A stretch of 63,081 nucleotides of DNA, filler included, from Octopus bimaculoides (GCF_001194135.2; 8 parts of 7 records of this genome joined end to end with filler, not necessarily neighbours in it); one strand, 5' to 3'; numbered from the whole stretch's first letter, positions 1 through 12,302 are shown. Translations and numbers: made by a program. Notes: generated from the sequence alone by a model not told the origin.

Positions 1-354
1 TACGCTGTGCGTATCTATGTGTGTAACAATTTTGGAGTTCGGATTCTCGAGTTAGGGTTAGTTTTAGGGTTAGAGTTAGGGTTACGGTTACGGTTAACAG
101 TGTAGTTAGGGTTAGGGGATTAATACGATATACACCGTTACAGCGCTAACTGTTTTCAACTGAATAGACGTCAGTGATTAGTAGAAATGATCGAAATAAG
201 ACAATTTTTTACATGAAATAAATTCGAATACAAAAATATTTTTCTGTTCTATAACACAAAATAGATAAGTATACGAAGTTTGAAAGTCTTTCGGTACCAA
301 AAACACTACATAAAACATAAATGAAAACTGGCTCCCCTGTTTTAAAATAGATCC
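1..354 (-). mobile_element. Foldback/MITE with internal telomere-like repeats, copy 1 (cut by window start)
   Basis: Reverse complement of about 150-354 is nearly identical to about 3106-3300. Degenerate TIR ACTGGCTCCCCTGTTTTAAAATAGATCC at 327-354. TTAGGG-like array at about 52-118. Confidence 0.8.
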
Positions 355-1011
355 AAATTTATTACTCGTGTATTTGGTAGTTTGACAAATGTAGTGTATG
401 ATAGTTAAATCTATTGACAGACGTAGTGTATAATAGTTAAATGTATTCGATACACACTGATTTAGCACTGAATTTATATTATCTACATTAAACTGTTGCG
501 AAGTTGACATTTTAAAATAATACAGAACAAATAAACACACTGCTTTTGATGAAGACACTTCACTAATATCAGTAATAAATTGGAAATGAAATTTTCAAAG
601 TACATAATTTCAAGTCCCCACTTTCTTTTTATCAGAGATATAAAGGTCAAGATTGTGGCAGAGGTGAATACTGGCGTGCAGTTTATCTTAATTTACCTAT
701 GGTGATAACCATTGATTCGTGCATACAGGAGAGAGTAGATTAGTTTCTCTGATTACAAACTGTCTCCAGTTACAGCTAAGAAATCTGATCAGCGTTATTT
801 GACAAACTTTAAGAAATAGCATAGTACTATATTTTAAGAAATGCAGTCGGACTTATAGAAGTTTTGAAGTATTTTATTTGCTTTCTTTTTCTTTTCTTTT
901 CTTTGGAATTAATAAATAAAAAGAAACGTGTAGATTTGATAATATTGACTGATGTTGGTTGAAACACTTCAGGTTTCCAAACTTGAAGCAGTAAAATGTT
1001 TTGAGCCTTTC

Positions 1012-1559
1012 TTTTATCTTTTACTTGTTTCAGTCATTAGACTACGACCATGCTGGGGTACCACCTTGAATAATTTTTAGTCGAATGAATCGACCCCGAT
1101 ACTTTTATTTAAGCCTGGTACTTATTCTATTGGTTTCTTTTGCCGAACTGCTACGTTACGAGGACGTAAACACACCAACACTGGTTTCAAACGGTAGCGG
1201 GGACACTCCGTCAGTTACGACGACGTGGGTTCTAGTTGATCCGATCAACGGAACAGCCTGCTCGTGTAATTAACGTGCAAGTGGCAGAGTATTCCACAGA
1301 CACGTGTACCCTTAACGTAGTTCTCAGGAAGATTCAGCGTGACACAGAATGTGACAAGGCTGGACCCTTTGAATTACAGGTATTACACATTTTTGCCAGC
1401 TAAGTGAACTGGAGCAACGTTAAATAAAGTGTCTTGCTCAATGACACAAGGCGTCACCGAGAATTGAACTCATGTCCCTACGATTGTGAGCCGAATACCC
1501 TAACCACTAAGCCACGCGCCTTCACAGCAGGGGACAAACACATACACACATACACACAC

Positions 1560-1609
<50 letters not shown>

Positions 1610-1755
1610 GACGGGCTTCTTTCAGTTTCCATCAACCAAATCCACTCACACTGCTTTGGTCGGTTTGAAAATATAGTAGAAGACACTTGTGCCAGATGCA
1701 GCACAGTAGGGCTGAACCCGGAACTATGGAAGTTGGGAAACAAGCTTCTTACCAC
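1012..1755 (-). mobile_element. SINE family A (tRNA-like head, internal (CA)/(TA)n), interrupted by a SINE C insertion
   Basis: Matches the other A copies (19642, 39959, 53255) in both modules, with an internal microsatellite at about 1535-1608. Confidence 0.85.
1201..1525 (-). mobile_element. SINE family C, near full length
   Basis: Minus strand has A box TGGCTTAGTGG, B box GAGTTCAATTC and a TGTGTCATTGAGCAAGACACTT central motif. The 3' region is shared with 2511, 12170, 42323 and 45482. Confidence 0.85.
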
Positions 1756-2510
1756 TAGATATTAAACGTAGTATATTTTAAATATAGCATCTATACTATT
1801 ATTAAATATATAAAGAAAAGATTGTTAAATTTTGGATAAAATAGTTATGGTTCATTGCTTGCAACTTTATTTAAAGAGAGATAAACATACCTTTTCTTTC
1901 TTTTACTTTCTTTCCAAAGACAAGTTCGTCTTACACTATTTTATAGTTTGTTTTTATCAGTATTAAAGTGTAAACAACATCTTAACTATACCAACTTAGC
2001 GTCCTAATTACTATTATATCATCTTTAATATAAGTAAACTATCGGTCCAACGAGTCTGTTTCTAATGAAGAAATGCTAAAACTGCTTCACTCACTGAGAG
2101 TGGCTGTAATTCGCTACTTTTACTGTAGTTTCTGTTAATCAGCAGGTGATCATGTTCATTCGTCAAGTTCTTTTTATTTACAATTAATTAAACTGCGCTA
2201 CGGTTGGATTGCCTTTAGATGAAGCTTAAAGGCCATGGAAGGATTTGTACTTACCATTTACAAACTCGTTAATTATTAAGCGGTAGTCACGCTTATCAAA
2301 TTTTTATAAATTCAGAAAAATGTTCTGCAGTAAACAGGTTGTTAGTTAGTTGATGTTTAACCCGAGTCAGATAAACCGAGCACTTTCAATGTATCAGTCA
2401 TTTTGGTACTGGATTCTTCATCGATAGATCGAAAGTTCGCATCTCATCAGGGATTGATGTGCAGGTATCATGAGGAAGACAAATTACCGCTGTTGTTTCT
2501 CAATCTAATT

Positions 2511-2722
2511 GGCACTCAACGGAGCAGCTTGCTCATGAAATTAACGTGCAAGTGGTTGAGTACTCCACAAACACACGCATCCTTAATGGAATTCTCAGAG
2601 AGATTCTGTATGACACAAGATGCAACAAGGTTGGCCCTTTGAAGTACCACTCCTTTTTGCCAGCTGAGTGGACTCGAGCAATGTGAAATAAAGTTTCTTG
2701 CTCAAGCACGCAGATCGTCGCC
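2511..2722 (-). mobile_element. SINE family C, partial
   Basis: Colinear similarity to 1260-1450. Confidence 0.75.
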
Positions 2723-2823
2723 GTTTCTCAATCTCTTTTTAAAGTTAAGATAGGAAGCTCAGTTGATAAATTTCTGACTACCATGAAATCGTTTATTAAC
2801 ATTTTTGTGTTTTTTTTTTTTAG

Positions 2824-2931
2824 GCTGCAGCCTACACATGGCTCACTGTGGTATATTTTCAGGACTATAGACCTTTTCTAAAATTTTGTTCCAAATTTAA
2901 TGTATCTGCTGAGTCTTTAAGTAGGATGTAA
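2824..2931 (+). CDS. Candidate orphan exon (AAAYTWLTVVYFQDYRPFLKFCSKFNVSAESLSRM*)
   Basis: Strong poly-T/TAG acceptor at 2822-2823, and only phase 0 stays open for 35 codons. No convincing donor and no recognised homology. Confidence 0.2.
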   Translation, partial: AAAYTWLTVVYFQDYRPFLKFCSKFNVSAESLSRM

Positions 2932-3105
2932 CTTTTAGATATTCTGTTGTGTCAGGTTTTATTTACATTTTGCTTATGTAACCATTACCAGTGATAGCAA
3001 ATAATGGGTACTCGGAGATATTTTAACACGTAAGATATGAGATAATATACATGTGGGCTTTGGACAAATATCAGAAAAAAATCAAGTCGATCATTACAAA
3101 AAGGA

Positions 3106-3743
3106 GGATCTTGTTCAAAACGGGGGCACCAGTTTTCATTAATGTTTTATGTAGTGTTTTTGGTACCGAAAGACTTTCAAACTTCGTATACTTATCTATT
3201 TTGTGTTATAGAACAGAAAAAAATTTTGTATTCGAATTTATTTCATGTAAAAAATTGTCTTATTTCGATAATTTCAACCAATCACTGACAAGTATTCAGC
3301 TGTTTATACTTACTCCTTTGGCAGTTTAAGCGATGTAAAGCGTATTTAATCTCCATTTATAATTTCGTTAACATCTGCCTGAACTGTATGAAAGGTTTAT
3401 TAGCTACTGCCTAACTCTAACCCTAACCCTAACCCTAACCCTACTGCCAATATGCTTCAGCCATTTTTTGACAAGGAAATAATAATTTTATCACCGCCAG
3501 AATCGTTTGAGAATCGTTTGTTTACGTAGTCAGCACTTAATGTATTCGGCTGAATGGACGTCAGTCATAGGTTGAAATTACAGAAATACGACAACTTTAA
3601 CATGGAATAACTTGCGATGTACGTTTTTTTTTGTTAAGAAGACTAAGAGAAAAAGATGTTTTATATGACACATTCTACCAGTGTCCCAAGTTTCAAAGTG
3701 TTTCGTTAAGAAAATACTGGTGCCCCCGTTTTGAACAAGATCC
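3106..3743 (+). mobile_element. Foldback/MITE with perfect 28-bp TIRs and central (CCCTAA)n, copy 2
   Basis: GGATCTTGTTCAAAACGGGGGCACCAGT at 3106-3133 and its exact reverse complement at 3716-3743. Degenerate inverted similarity continues about 190 bp inward. CCCTAA array at about 3411-3442. No TSD seen. Confidence 0.9.
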
Positions 3744-3900
3744 GTTGAATCCTGCTTTTGGCCGAAAGAATTGGATGTATTGAATGAGAAGGACGGACAG
3801 CTGAAGTATATTTGGTTAATAAAAAATAGAAAGACTGATAACATTTAGGAATATAAGAACAAGAAAATGGCTTCTACTTGGGTTCTTTGATGTGAGATAT

Positions 3901-4331
3901 TTCTTTCTATAATAGGAACAAGGCCTGAAATTTGCGGCGAGCGAACTAGTTGTACATCGGTCTCTGTGCTCAGCAGGTACTTTTCTATCGACCTAGAAAG
4001 AATGAAAGGCAAAATCGACCTCGACGTAATTTGAATTCAGAATGTAATGAGTCGAAAGAAATGCCGCTAAGCACTTTGTCCGACATACTAACGATTCTTA
4101 TTTCTTTATTGCCAACAAGGGGCTAAACATAGAGGGGACAAACCAGGACAGACAAAGGGATTAAGTCGATTACATCGAACCCAGTGCGCAACTAGTACTT
4201 AATTTATCGACCCCGAAAGGATGAAAGGCAAAGTCGACCTCGGCGGAATTTGAACTCAGAACGTAACGGCAGGCGAAATACCGCTAAGCATTTCGCCCGG
4301 CGTGCTAACGTTTCTGCCAGCTCGCCGCCTT
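3901..4331 (-). mobile_element. SINE family B head-to-tail dimer with linker
   Basis: Two B monomers (GAGTTCAAATT B box; GCCTTTCATCCTTTCGGGGTCGATAAA central domain) joined at about 4098 by the same linker seen at about 10871. Confidence 0.85.
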
Positions 4332-4739
4332 TGTTTGGTGCATAATAATAATAAAGGCATGACCGAGTTAGTTTTGTTTATCTCCAGGTTAGTTTTTGGT
4401 GGAGTAGACCTATGATCAAATGACCCGTGATCACCTAGTCTTTTCAGGAGTACGTTGTAGTACGTTATCTCCTGGATCCTTTCTTTTTTTTAAAGATAGT
4501 AGTATGATATTTGTGGGAGTATAGATTCGGATACTATTTGTTTAACTCATGCAAACAAGTGCGGGCTCTCTCCGAAGTAGAAGTGTGAGGTGCGACAAAG
4601 TGCGGCGTTCTTTTAGGTTTAAGAGTAGCCATTTACTTCAAAGAAGAAGAACTTGTGCGAAGTAGAAGGATGAAGAAATAGGGAAGCACAACGATGTTTA
4701 AAGAGTTTGGTAATTTAGGGTATTGACTCTGGAGTGGTT

Positions 4740-4875
4740 TAACAAACTCACTGGGGTATCGATGATTAAATGGCTCAGCAAGAGCTATAATAGAAAATAC
4801 TTGCCCAAGGTGCTGCACGATGGGCCTGAACCCGAAGTCACGTTGTTACAAAACGAGCTTCCTAACTACACAGCA
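4740..4875 (-). mobile_element. SINE family A 5' module, degraded
   Basis: ACTTGCCCAAGGTGC...CTGAACCC similarity to the A heads. Confidence 0.6.
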
Positions 4876-4903
4876 ATGACGGCACCGATGTGTGTATGTG
4901 TGT

Positions 4904-4966
<63 letters not shown>

Positions 4967-4980
4967 TGAGAGAGAGAGAG

Positions 4981-5010
<30 letters not shown>

Positions 5011-5016
<6 letters not shown>

Positions 5017-5444
5017 GGTGGACTGAAAAGTTTATTGGCTGACCACGAAGGAGAGATGCAGAAAAAAAAGTTTAGCCCCCAACGACATTCATGCTGACTT
5101 GGTTGGTGCATTAAGGGATGACGTTCTAGCTTTATCAACAGCGCAAAAGTGGGCAACTGAATTTAGGAGGAGTCCTAAAGATGACCCAAATTCTGAACAT
5201 CCTGCACTTGCTACCTCCGAAGAAAACCTTGATCGTGTTCACTGCATGGTGATGAATGACAGGCGATTGACTATAAATCAAATATCCAATGCTATGAGCA
5301 TATCCCATGACTATAAATCAATTAGCCAATGCTAATAGCATATCCCGTGAGAGAGAGTTGAGAATATTCTGCACAAATAACTAAGCATGACGAAGGCTTC
5401 TGCTCGGTGGGTGCCACGTCTTCCGACGCCCGATCAAAAGCGCA

Positions 5445-5446
<2 letters not shown>
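5011..5446 (+). mobile_element. Mariner remnant (left TIR plus N-terminal transposase)
   Basis: TA followed by CGAGGGTGGACTGAAAAGTT TIR. Disrupted translation ...STAQKWATEFRR...VMNDRRLTINQISNAMSIS...KASARWVPRL contains the mariner WVPxxL motif. Confidence 0.85.
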
Positions 5447-5535
<89 letters not shown>

Positions 5536-6284
5536 GTACTGTTTTAAAAAGCGCAGAAGTATCAGTAGCAGACGAAAAGCGTCCAGCAGCGACGGTGAAA
5601 TTGCTAGATCTGGGATTTCTGCATATTTGCGCGTCTTTGGTATCTGGTATACACTTAAACAAATTTTATCTCTACTGATATGAATAAAACAGTGATTAAC
5701 AAGTCAATAACGTTGCAAATAGCTGGCAGGCTGCGTAAAAATTCGTTATAAGCGGTAGAAGCAGTATTGGTTCAGAATAGCGTTCTGTATATCTACAGTC
5801 AATTTGTTCGGTTAAAACCCTTGACAACAGTCCAATGACTGAAAAATGTAAAAGATAAAAGATAATTTGATTATTCTTAAACACAGAAAAGAGAGAATCT
5901 TCTGTAGTTTAATTGTAGGGCGATTAGTGTTAGAATAAATAGTGAAATAGAATGTGTTAGGGTTTGGGGTGCAACAGGTGTGTGAATTATTCAGTAGGTT
6001 ATGCGATCCCATTCCATGGCAGAAACTTGATTGGTTTCCTGTTTTAAATGGTTTAACGTAACCATTTGATCCTCGAGCACTTTTTACAGTTTACTTTATT
6101 GCGAGCATACTGACGAACCCCTTCCTAACCGGTCTAAACATAAGCTAGAGCATTAATTTCTTCTTCCTTTACTCCCACCAGTTTCGGATTTTCTGCAAAA
6201 GGTCGTAACCGATATCCTTCCTCTTTTGACGAAGCCTTTAAAAAATGGCTCATGAAAACTCCAGATGACACAACAAACATCTTT

Positions 6285-6440
6285 CTACTATAGACACAAA
6301 ACCTGAAATTTAGGAGGAGGGTCTAATCGATTACATTGTCCCAAGTGCTGAATAGGATGAAAGGCAAAGTCGACCTCAGCAGAATTTGAACGCAGAGCGT
6401 AAAACTGGAAGAAATGCCGCTAACGATTCTGGCAGCATGG
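6285..6440 (-). mobile_element. SINE family B, old copy
   Basis: GATGAAAGGCAAAGTCGACCTC...AATTTGAAC core. Confidence 0.7.
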
Positions 6441-7787
6441 TACCTCTACTAACGTTGTTAATAACGAACTTTCCAATCAAACGATCATTAAAAAAAGGAA
6501 AACTCAGTGCCTGCTACATTTTTTAAGTGTAAAATATCAACAATGTTCTCCAACTTATTCTACTCGAAATATATTTCAGCCATAATAATAGCGATTAATT
6601 TGGATGAGTAGTTCATTAAATGTCTTTTTTTTTTAATTTTTGATCCAGTTTCAATCACATTGATTTCGTACTAAATATGCAATCTCACATATATTTTCTC
6701 TTTCTCTCTCTTTTAGTAAATATATATAAGGTGCTATACGCGTGAACGCTTATGTTTGCATCTATGTTTATTATATGTGGGAGTGTTTAAACTGGAACAT
6801 GAAGAGTTGCTATGCTTTTCTAATCTTATTTTTGAAACTAAGAAACTTCCAATGTATAATGAATACTATGTAATTAATTTTACACGTTAATTATGCAGCT
6901 AATATTACATAGTAAGGGTAACATACACCAAAGGTTAACGTATTACACCTCCAGCTAATTGTCAGTGAGTTCATATCTGCTACAAACATTTCAAAATGGC
7001 TCTGATCAGGGTTTTTAAGTCAATGTTTCTCAATTCATTGTTGAGAATAGGTGCAACATTGACTTCAGAATGTGACCTCCAAAAGAATGTTGTTCTGTCG
7101 TGTCCGTAGTGAGACTTTGTATCCATTACATGTTTATTGAGTAATTCAATTAGAAAGCAGATACCGGCTTTTATTAACCCTTTTGTTCACAGTTAAATGT
7201 ATATTGCTTACCACTCAGACAGTCAAAGGTCCCTCCTTAGCTCTCTGGACTCCGGATCAGTTACAAGCTAGACAGCTCTCTTCCTCATAAGCCCTGCATA
7301 CAGGCACACTGGGCAGTTAAAGCAAGGGCAGTTATCACACACGTCTAGGTACCCAGTGATAATTTATGTAATCAGTGGTTGTTTATGTAGAGGCCCAAGC
7401 GTATTGATTTTCACCATGGGGTGGGGAACTTATGATACTATCAAGTTGACTTTGATAAGATATCGATAACTTCTGGTTACAATGTACATAATGCAGCTGC
7501 CTACGAAAATTCCTGTTACCTTCTCTAGGCCCACAGTTAAAGAAAAACTTATTAAATAATTAATACCTTCAACAGTTTTTTGTTGTTGGTGCTGTTTAGA
7601 CCCAGGTCAGCCCTAAATAGGAAGACCTGTGATCAATGACGTTCGACCGTAAATATCCATGCTTTTTATGTGTATGGAAAACTATATTAGCCATTTCTGC
7701 TATTTTGATCTTTAAGAGTGTAGGGTGTGTGATTTGGAGAATATTTGTATATTATTTTTAACAAGTCAAGCAACTCTGCATATGCAT

Positions 7788-8961
7788 CGAGAGGGTTGTC
7801 CTGAAAGTGGACACAACTTTTTTATTAACTGAATTAGGTCGTTCAAACTGCATATATGATAGAGTAAATCTTCTTCATTGCAAATGTTCTACTCAGCATA
7901 GTCTTTCTTCATCACAAGTGATATGATTGCACCATCATTGATCCTAACTCTCAAATCTCCTTTGAAAATATTTTGAAATTGCGCTGTTGTACCCATTTCT
8001 GCCCACTCTGTTGTCGAGGATGTGTGTGGTCTCACATTGTCATGGTGAATGTGAATCGTTTTCAGATACTTCTTCTAAGTCTTCCCTCCTCCTAATGGCT
8101 TTTCGAAACTTTTTTTGAATATCTCAATGACTCACTCGCTATTCACGAAACATTTACTTTCCAGAAAATCAAGACACTCTTATCATCCCCCAAAATAACC
8201 ATCATGACTTTGTTTCGATCGCTGAATCTTGAATGTCTTGGGTTCTGGAGAAAAAAAAGTGAAACGTTCTTCAATGGACTATTCCTTCGTTTCCGGGTCA
8301 TAAAGATGCGGCCAATGTTTCGTCCCATGTCAGTAGATTAGAAAAAAAAATCTTGTTTTTATTGGTTTCAACTTCTTCCCGTAGGTCAGAGCTGACTTAC
8401 ATTTTTCTCTCCTTCAAAGCAGGTGTCAACAGCCGAGGTACCACTTTGCACAGACTTTCCGATGCCCAAAGTCACTCTCTTCTGTAACGTATTGTGATCA
8501 CAGATCAATTATGCAACATACTCGTGAATTATGATTCGTCTTGCCGCACGAATCAATCCATTCACTTGCTGTCAATTCATATCAATGATCGCAGTTAATG
8601 GTCTCCCATTGCATGGTTTGTCTGCAATGCTGGTCTCCCATTGCATGGTTTGTCTGCAATGCTGGTCTCCACTTCTTTAAACTTCACCGTCTGTGCTCAT
8701 TGCTTATGTCAATGACGTCATTTCCGTAAACAATTAGTAGCGGTCTGTGGATGTCGGACAGCTTGAACCTCTCATCGTCATGATCTCAAAAACAGCAAGT
8801 CGTTACCGCTTGGAACCCCTTTTTTTTGGGGGGGGGCTTTTTTTTTCGATAGCAGTAAAGAACTGGAAAAAGCGTTTCTGTTGAGGATGTACAATTTGAA
8901 TGACCTATATCAGTTAATAAAGTTATATCCATTCTTGTATAACTTTCAGGGCAACCCTTGC
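7788..8961 (-). mobile_element. Near full-length degenerate mariner with both TIRs
   Basis: TIRs GAGGGTTGTCCTGAAAGT (7791-7808) and ACTTTCAGGGCAACCCTTG (8942-8960). Frameshifted minus-strand peptides IVYGNDVIDISN, TSIADKPCNGRP, RKVCAKW-PRLLT and HHDNVRPHTSS. Confidence 0.8.
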
Positions 8962-9735
8962 TGTTCACGGAAATGATCAGTTCCGATAACTACGGGAGCC
9001 AGATTAAATGTCTTAGAATGTTTAGTTTTCTGAAGTCCAAAGTGACTTTTCAAATCTTAGCGAATCGCAATCGACTTTATCTTTCAAGCGTCCCTATTCG
9101 AGAAATTAAATAGCAGTAATAAGTCACGTGTCAATTCATTCGACCTTACAAAGGTTTCTGCGGAAACTGACACTGTACTCTGTCAAACGGAATCTATTAC
9201 ACATGACTTCTGTTGCTTACATAATAAGCCCGTTAAATCTATCGTATGGTTGGTTGTTCACCATGACAGTCACCTGTGGCTTTCAATGATGGCTTTCAAT
9301 CCCTAAATAGGGTGATTGATTAAATTTTCGTCTCTGAAGGACGATAGGCGCACATCAGATTAAAGAATGTATGAAGAAATTATTTGCTGTATTAATAGAG
9401 CAGAAACTGATTAAAAGTTTGCGTGTTCGCAAACGTAAGTTTTGTGTTTGAGAGAGGGGGAGAATGTGTGTGCGTGTTTGTGCGCGTGTGCGTATGTGTG
9501 ATAAACTAGAAATCTTGCTAAGATAATAAACTAGATGATAAACTAGAAATCTTGCTAAGATAATATTGCATCGTAATTTAATTTGAATACTTTTATACGT
9601 AAGCAGTTCTCTGTCACTTTTCTTTCTCTTTTTCTCTTTCAGTACATACATATGTTTGTGTGTGTATTTATGTGTATAAATATGTATGATATGTATTTGT
9701 TTATATATGATGCATGTATGTACGTACACACACAC

Positions 9736-9767
<32 letters not shown>

Positions 9768-9867
9768 NNNNNNNNNNNNNNNNNNNNNNNNNNNNNNNNN
9801 NNNNNNNNNNNTTAATTAATTAANNNNNNNNNNNNNNNNNNNNNNNNNNNNNNNNNNNNNNNNNNNN
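9768..9867. other. Assembly placeholder gap 44N-TTAATTAATTAA-44N (linkers also at 24272, 30813, 34020, 56641, 58649, 60883)
   Basis: The same palindromic six-frame-stop 12-mer sits centred in N runs seven times, so it is artificial. Confidence 0.95.
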
Positions 9868-10159
9868 CAGAAGGGCGAAAGAGAAAGCTAACCTAATCAG
9901 GATTTGGATTCAGAACGTAAAGAGCAGGAACGAATATAACAGAATTTTTTTTTTTTCCTTCCGATGCTTTAATGATTCTGCTATAAAAGCACGAAAGGAG
10001 AACACGCTTTGATTGACTTCACAGCGAAGCACGTTCGATTCAGTTCCCTGTGAGTGGCTCATCGAAATGTTACAAGTGAATCGATTTGATGATAACACGG
10101 CGAACTTCATTAAAACAGCTATGAAGAAGTGACAAATATTTCTTACATACAATATTCTG

Positions 10160-10305
10160 TTCTATTCTAGGCACAAGCCCTAAATTTGGTGGGAGGGGGC
10201 CAGCCGATTAGATCGACCCCAGTACGCAACTGGTACTTAATTTATCGACCCCGAAAGAATGAAAAGCAAAGTCGACCTCGGCGGAGTTTGAACTCAGAAC
10301 GTAAA
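10160..10305 (-). mobile_element. SINE family B, 5'-truncated
   Basis: High identity to the 3' two-thirds of the copies at 14922 and 15141. Confidence 0.8.
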
Positions 10306-10670
10306 TCTTACATACAATATTAAGACTTTTAGTGTAAGCGTCAACCTCACAAGTATCATAATCCACTATTTCAGATCTTAATTTCATCCTAAGCTCCTTA
10401 CGTTTAAGTGAGCAATTGATAATCCAGTTTGAGATAATATACGAGGAGAAGAAGAGCCAGGCTTAACAACCACCTTCATGAATGACCTGAAATTGTATGT
10501 TACGAACGGCCCCAGCTTGAAGGATACCTTAGTATTGACACGTAGTTTAGCAAGGACATTACAACCTTCTTTGGATAGAGACAAGGCAGACTGACCAGTG
10601 GAGAAGATGATTTGAGCCATTAGGACAAAGAGATAATACAGAAACTAGACAATGAGGTATTCTACATATA

Positions 10671-11100
10671 TTCTTTTCTACGCTAGGCACAAGACTCGAA
10701 ACTTTTGGGGAAGGGGGTCAGTCGATTAGATCGACCCCAGTACGCAACTGGTACTTAATTTATCGACTCCGAAAAGATGAAAGGCAAAGTCGACCTCGGC
10801 GGAATTTGAACTCATAACGTAAAGCTAGAGGAAATACCGTTAAGCATTTCGCCCGGCGTGTTAACGTTTCTTATTTCTTTATTGCCCACAAGGGGCTAAA
10901 CATAGAGGGGACAAACAAGGGCAGACAAAGGGATTAAGTCGATTACATCGACCCCAGTGCATAACTGGTACTTAATTTATCAACTCCGAAAGGATGAAAG
11001 GCAAAGTCGACCTCGGCGGAATTTGAACTCAGAACGTAAAGATAGACGAAATACCGTTAAGCATTTCGCCTGGCGTGCTAACGTTTCGGCCAGCTCGCCC
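10671..11100 (-). mobile_element. SINE family B dimer with linker (second locus)
   Basis: Same architecture and junction (AACGTTTCT|TATTTCTTTATTGCCCACAAGGGG, about 10871) as 3901-4331. Confidence 0.85.
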
Positions 11101-11189
11101 ACCACATTAGATTCCAAATATATTAAAAACTCATCCCAGCTGCAAGAACATATGTACTTCAGTTGTAATATATGGCTGTGTACCATTGC

Positions 11190-11640
11190 AATGGAGCGTG
11201 ACACAACTAAGCTTCATAGACTGTACTTCGCAAAATCTATTTAAAGAAGCATTACATACAATACATTAAGTCTGACACCCAATAACTGTACATCTGTAGA
11301 AGAGAGAGAGAGCGGTAGGGGATTATTGAACAATAGAGAGTAATGTAAAAAGGCAGTTATTAATGTTCTCCTCTACCTTCCCAACCCACAAGAAATCCTG
11401 CTACGTGTCTTTGTTGACGATAATAAAAATGAAAACTAGTAAATCGATTATAATTGCAGCAACAAAATTCTCACAGGAAATTGGCTTAGACTTCAAACAG
11501 CTAAAGTCTGAATCTAAAGCAGTAGTACACACAGGCATAAGAATAATATATAGGTCAAAGGTCAACTGTGATGGACAACTATAATGGTACATCTGTACAT
11601 GGCCAGTATTTTCAGGAAATGACCATCCTTTATATAAATA
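11190..11640 (+). mobile_element. Old R4/Dong-type non-LTR fragment (post-RT region)
   Basis: Frameshifted peptides KSDTQ*LYICRRE / SGRGLLN and VHGQYFQEM resemble the PKSDxxRLYxxRxEGGRGL and LHGQY motifs of R4-clade ORFs. Confidence 0.5.
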
Positions 11641-11968
11641 CTGTTAGTAAGTTGAATAAATACATCCAGCCTGAATGTGACATCAGAAACCTTTGCGATA
11701 CAGGAATAGACAAGTATTACAAAATATTGTTCCGTCAATCAGATATCCTTATACGTTGCTGTTCGGAATGCGCTTCCATATATGCTTTGATTGCGCCCTT
11801 CTCTTCCATTTAGACCCGAAATTTTTGATACACCATCGTCTTGATGGGTGGGATTGGTCTTCCTCGCAATATCTTGACGGTCGTCGTGTGGTCTCTTCCA
11901 ATCTTTTCGATACCACTCAACAGTGTCACACACCCACCTGCTATTTGTGAGCTGTATATACCCGGCCT

Positions 11969-12302
11969 GTGGAGGCGCAATGGCCCAGTGGTTAGGGCAG
12001 CGGACTCGCGGTCATAGGATCGCGGTTTCGATTCCCAAACCGGGCGTTGTGAGTGTTTATTGAACGAAAACATGTAAAGCTCCATGAGGCTCCGGCAGGG
12101 TATGGTGGCGAACCCTGCTGTACTCTTTCACCACAACTTTCTCTCACCCTTACTTCCTGTTTCTGTTGTGCCTGTAATTCAAAGGCCCAGCCTTGTTACA
12201 CTGTGTCACGCTGAATATCCCCGAGAACTACGTTAAGGGTACACGTGTCTGTGGAGTGCTCAGCCACTTGCACGTTAATTTCACGAGCAGGCTGTTCCGT
12301 TG
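11969..12302 (+). mobile_element. tRNA-Arg-like-headed SINE sharing the family C 3' region
   Basis: A box TGGCCCAGTGG, ACTCGCG anticodon-loop-like segment and B box GGTTTCGATTCC. From about 12170 it is near-identical to the C 3' region. Confidence 0.8.

Noticed and set aside
5690-6020. GTTAGGGTTTGGGGT motif suggesting a third telomere-repeat element
   Set aside because: Only one motif, no TIRs, and no alignable similarity to the 3106-3743 element.
10340-10440. GLSIAHLNVRSL resembling the start of an APE endonuclease
   Set aside because: Similarity is limited to about 12 residues followed by stops, which is too weak to call.
11969-12045. tRNA-like sequences at SINE heads (also about 1445-1525 and 19642-19700)
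   Set aside because: They lack a complete cloverleaf and continue into SINE bodies, so they are not tRNA genes.
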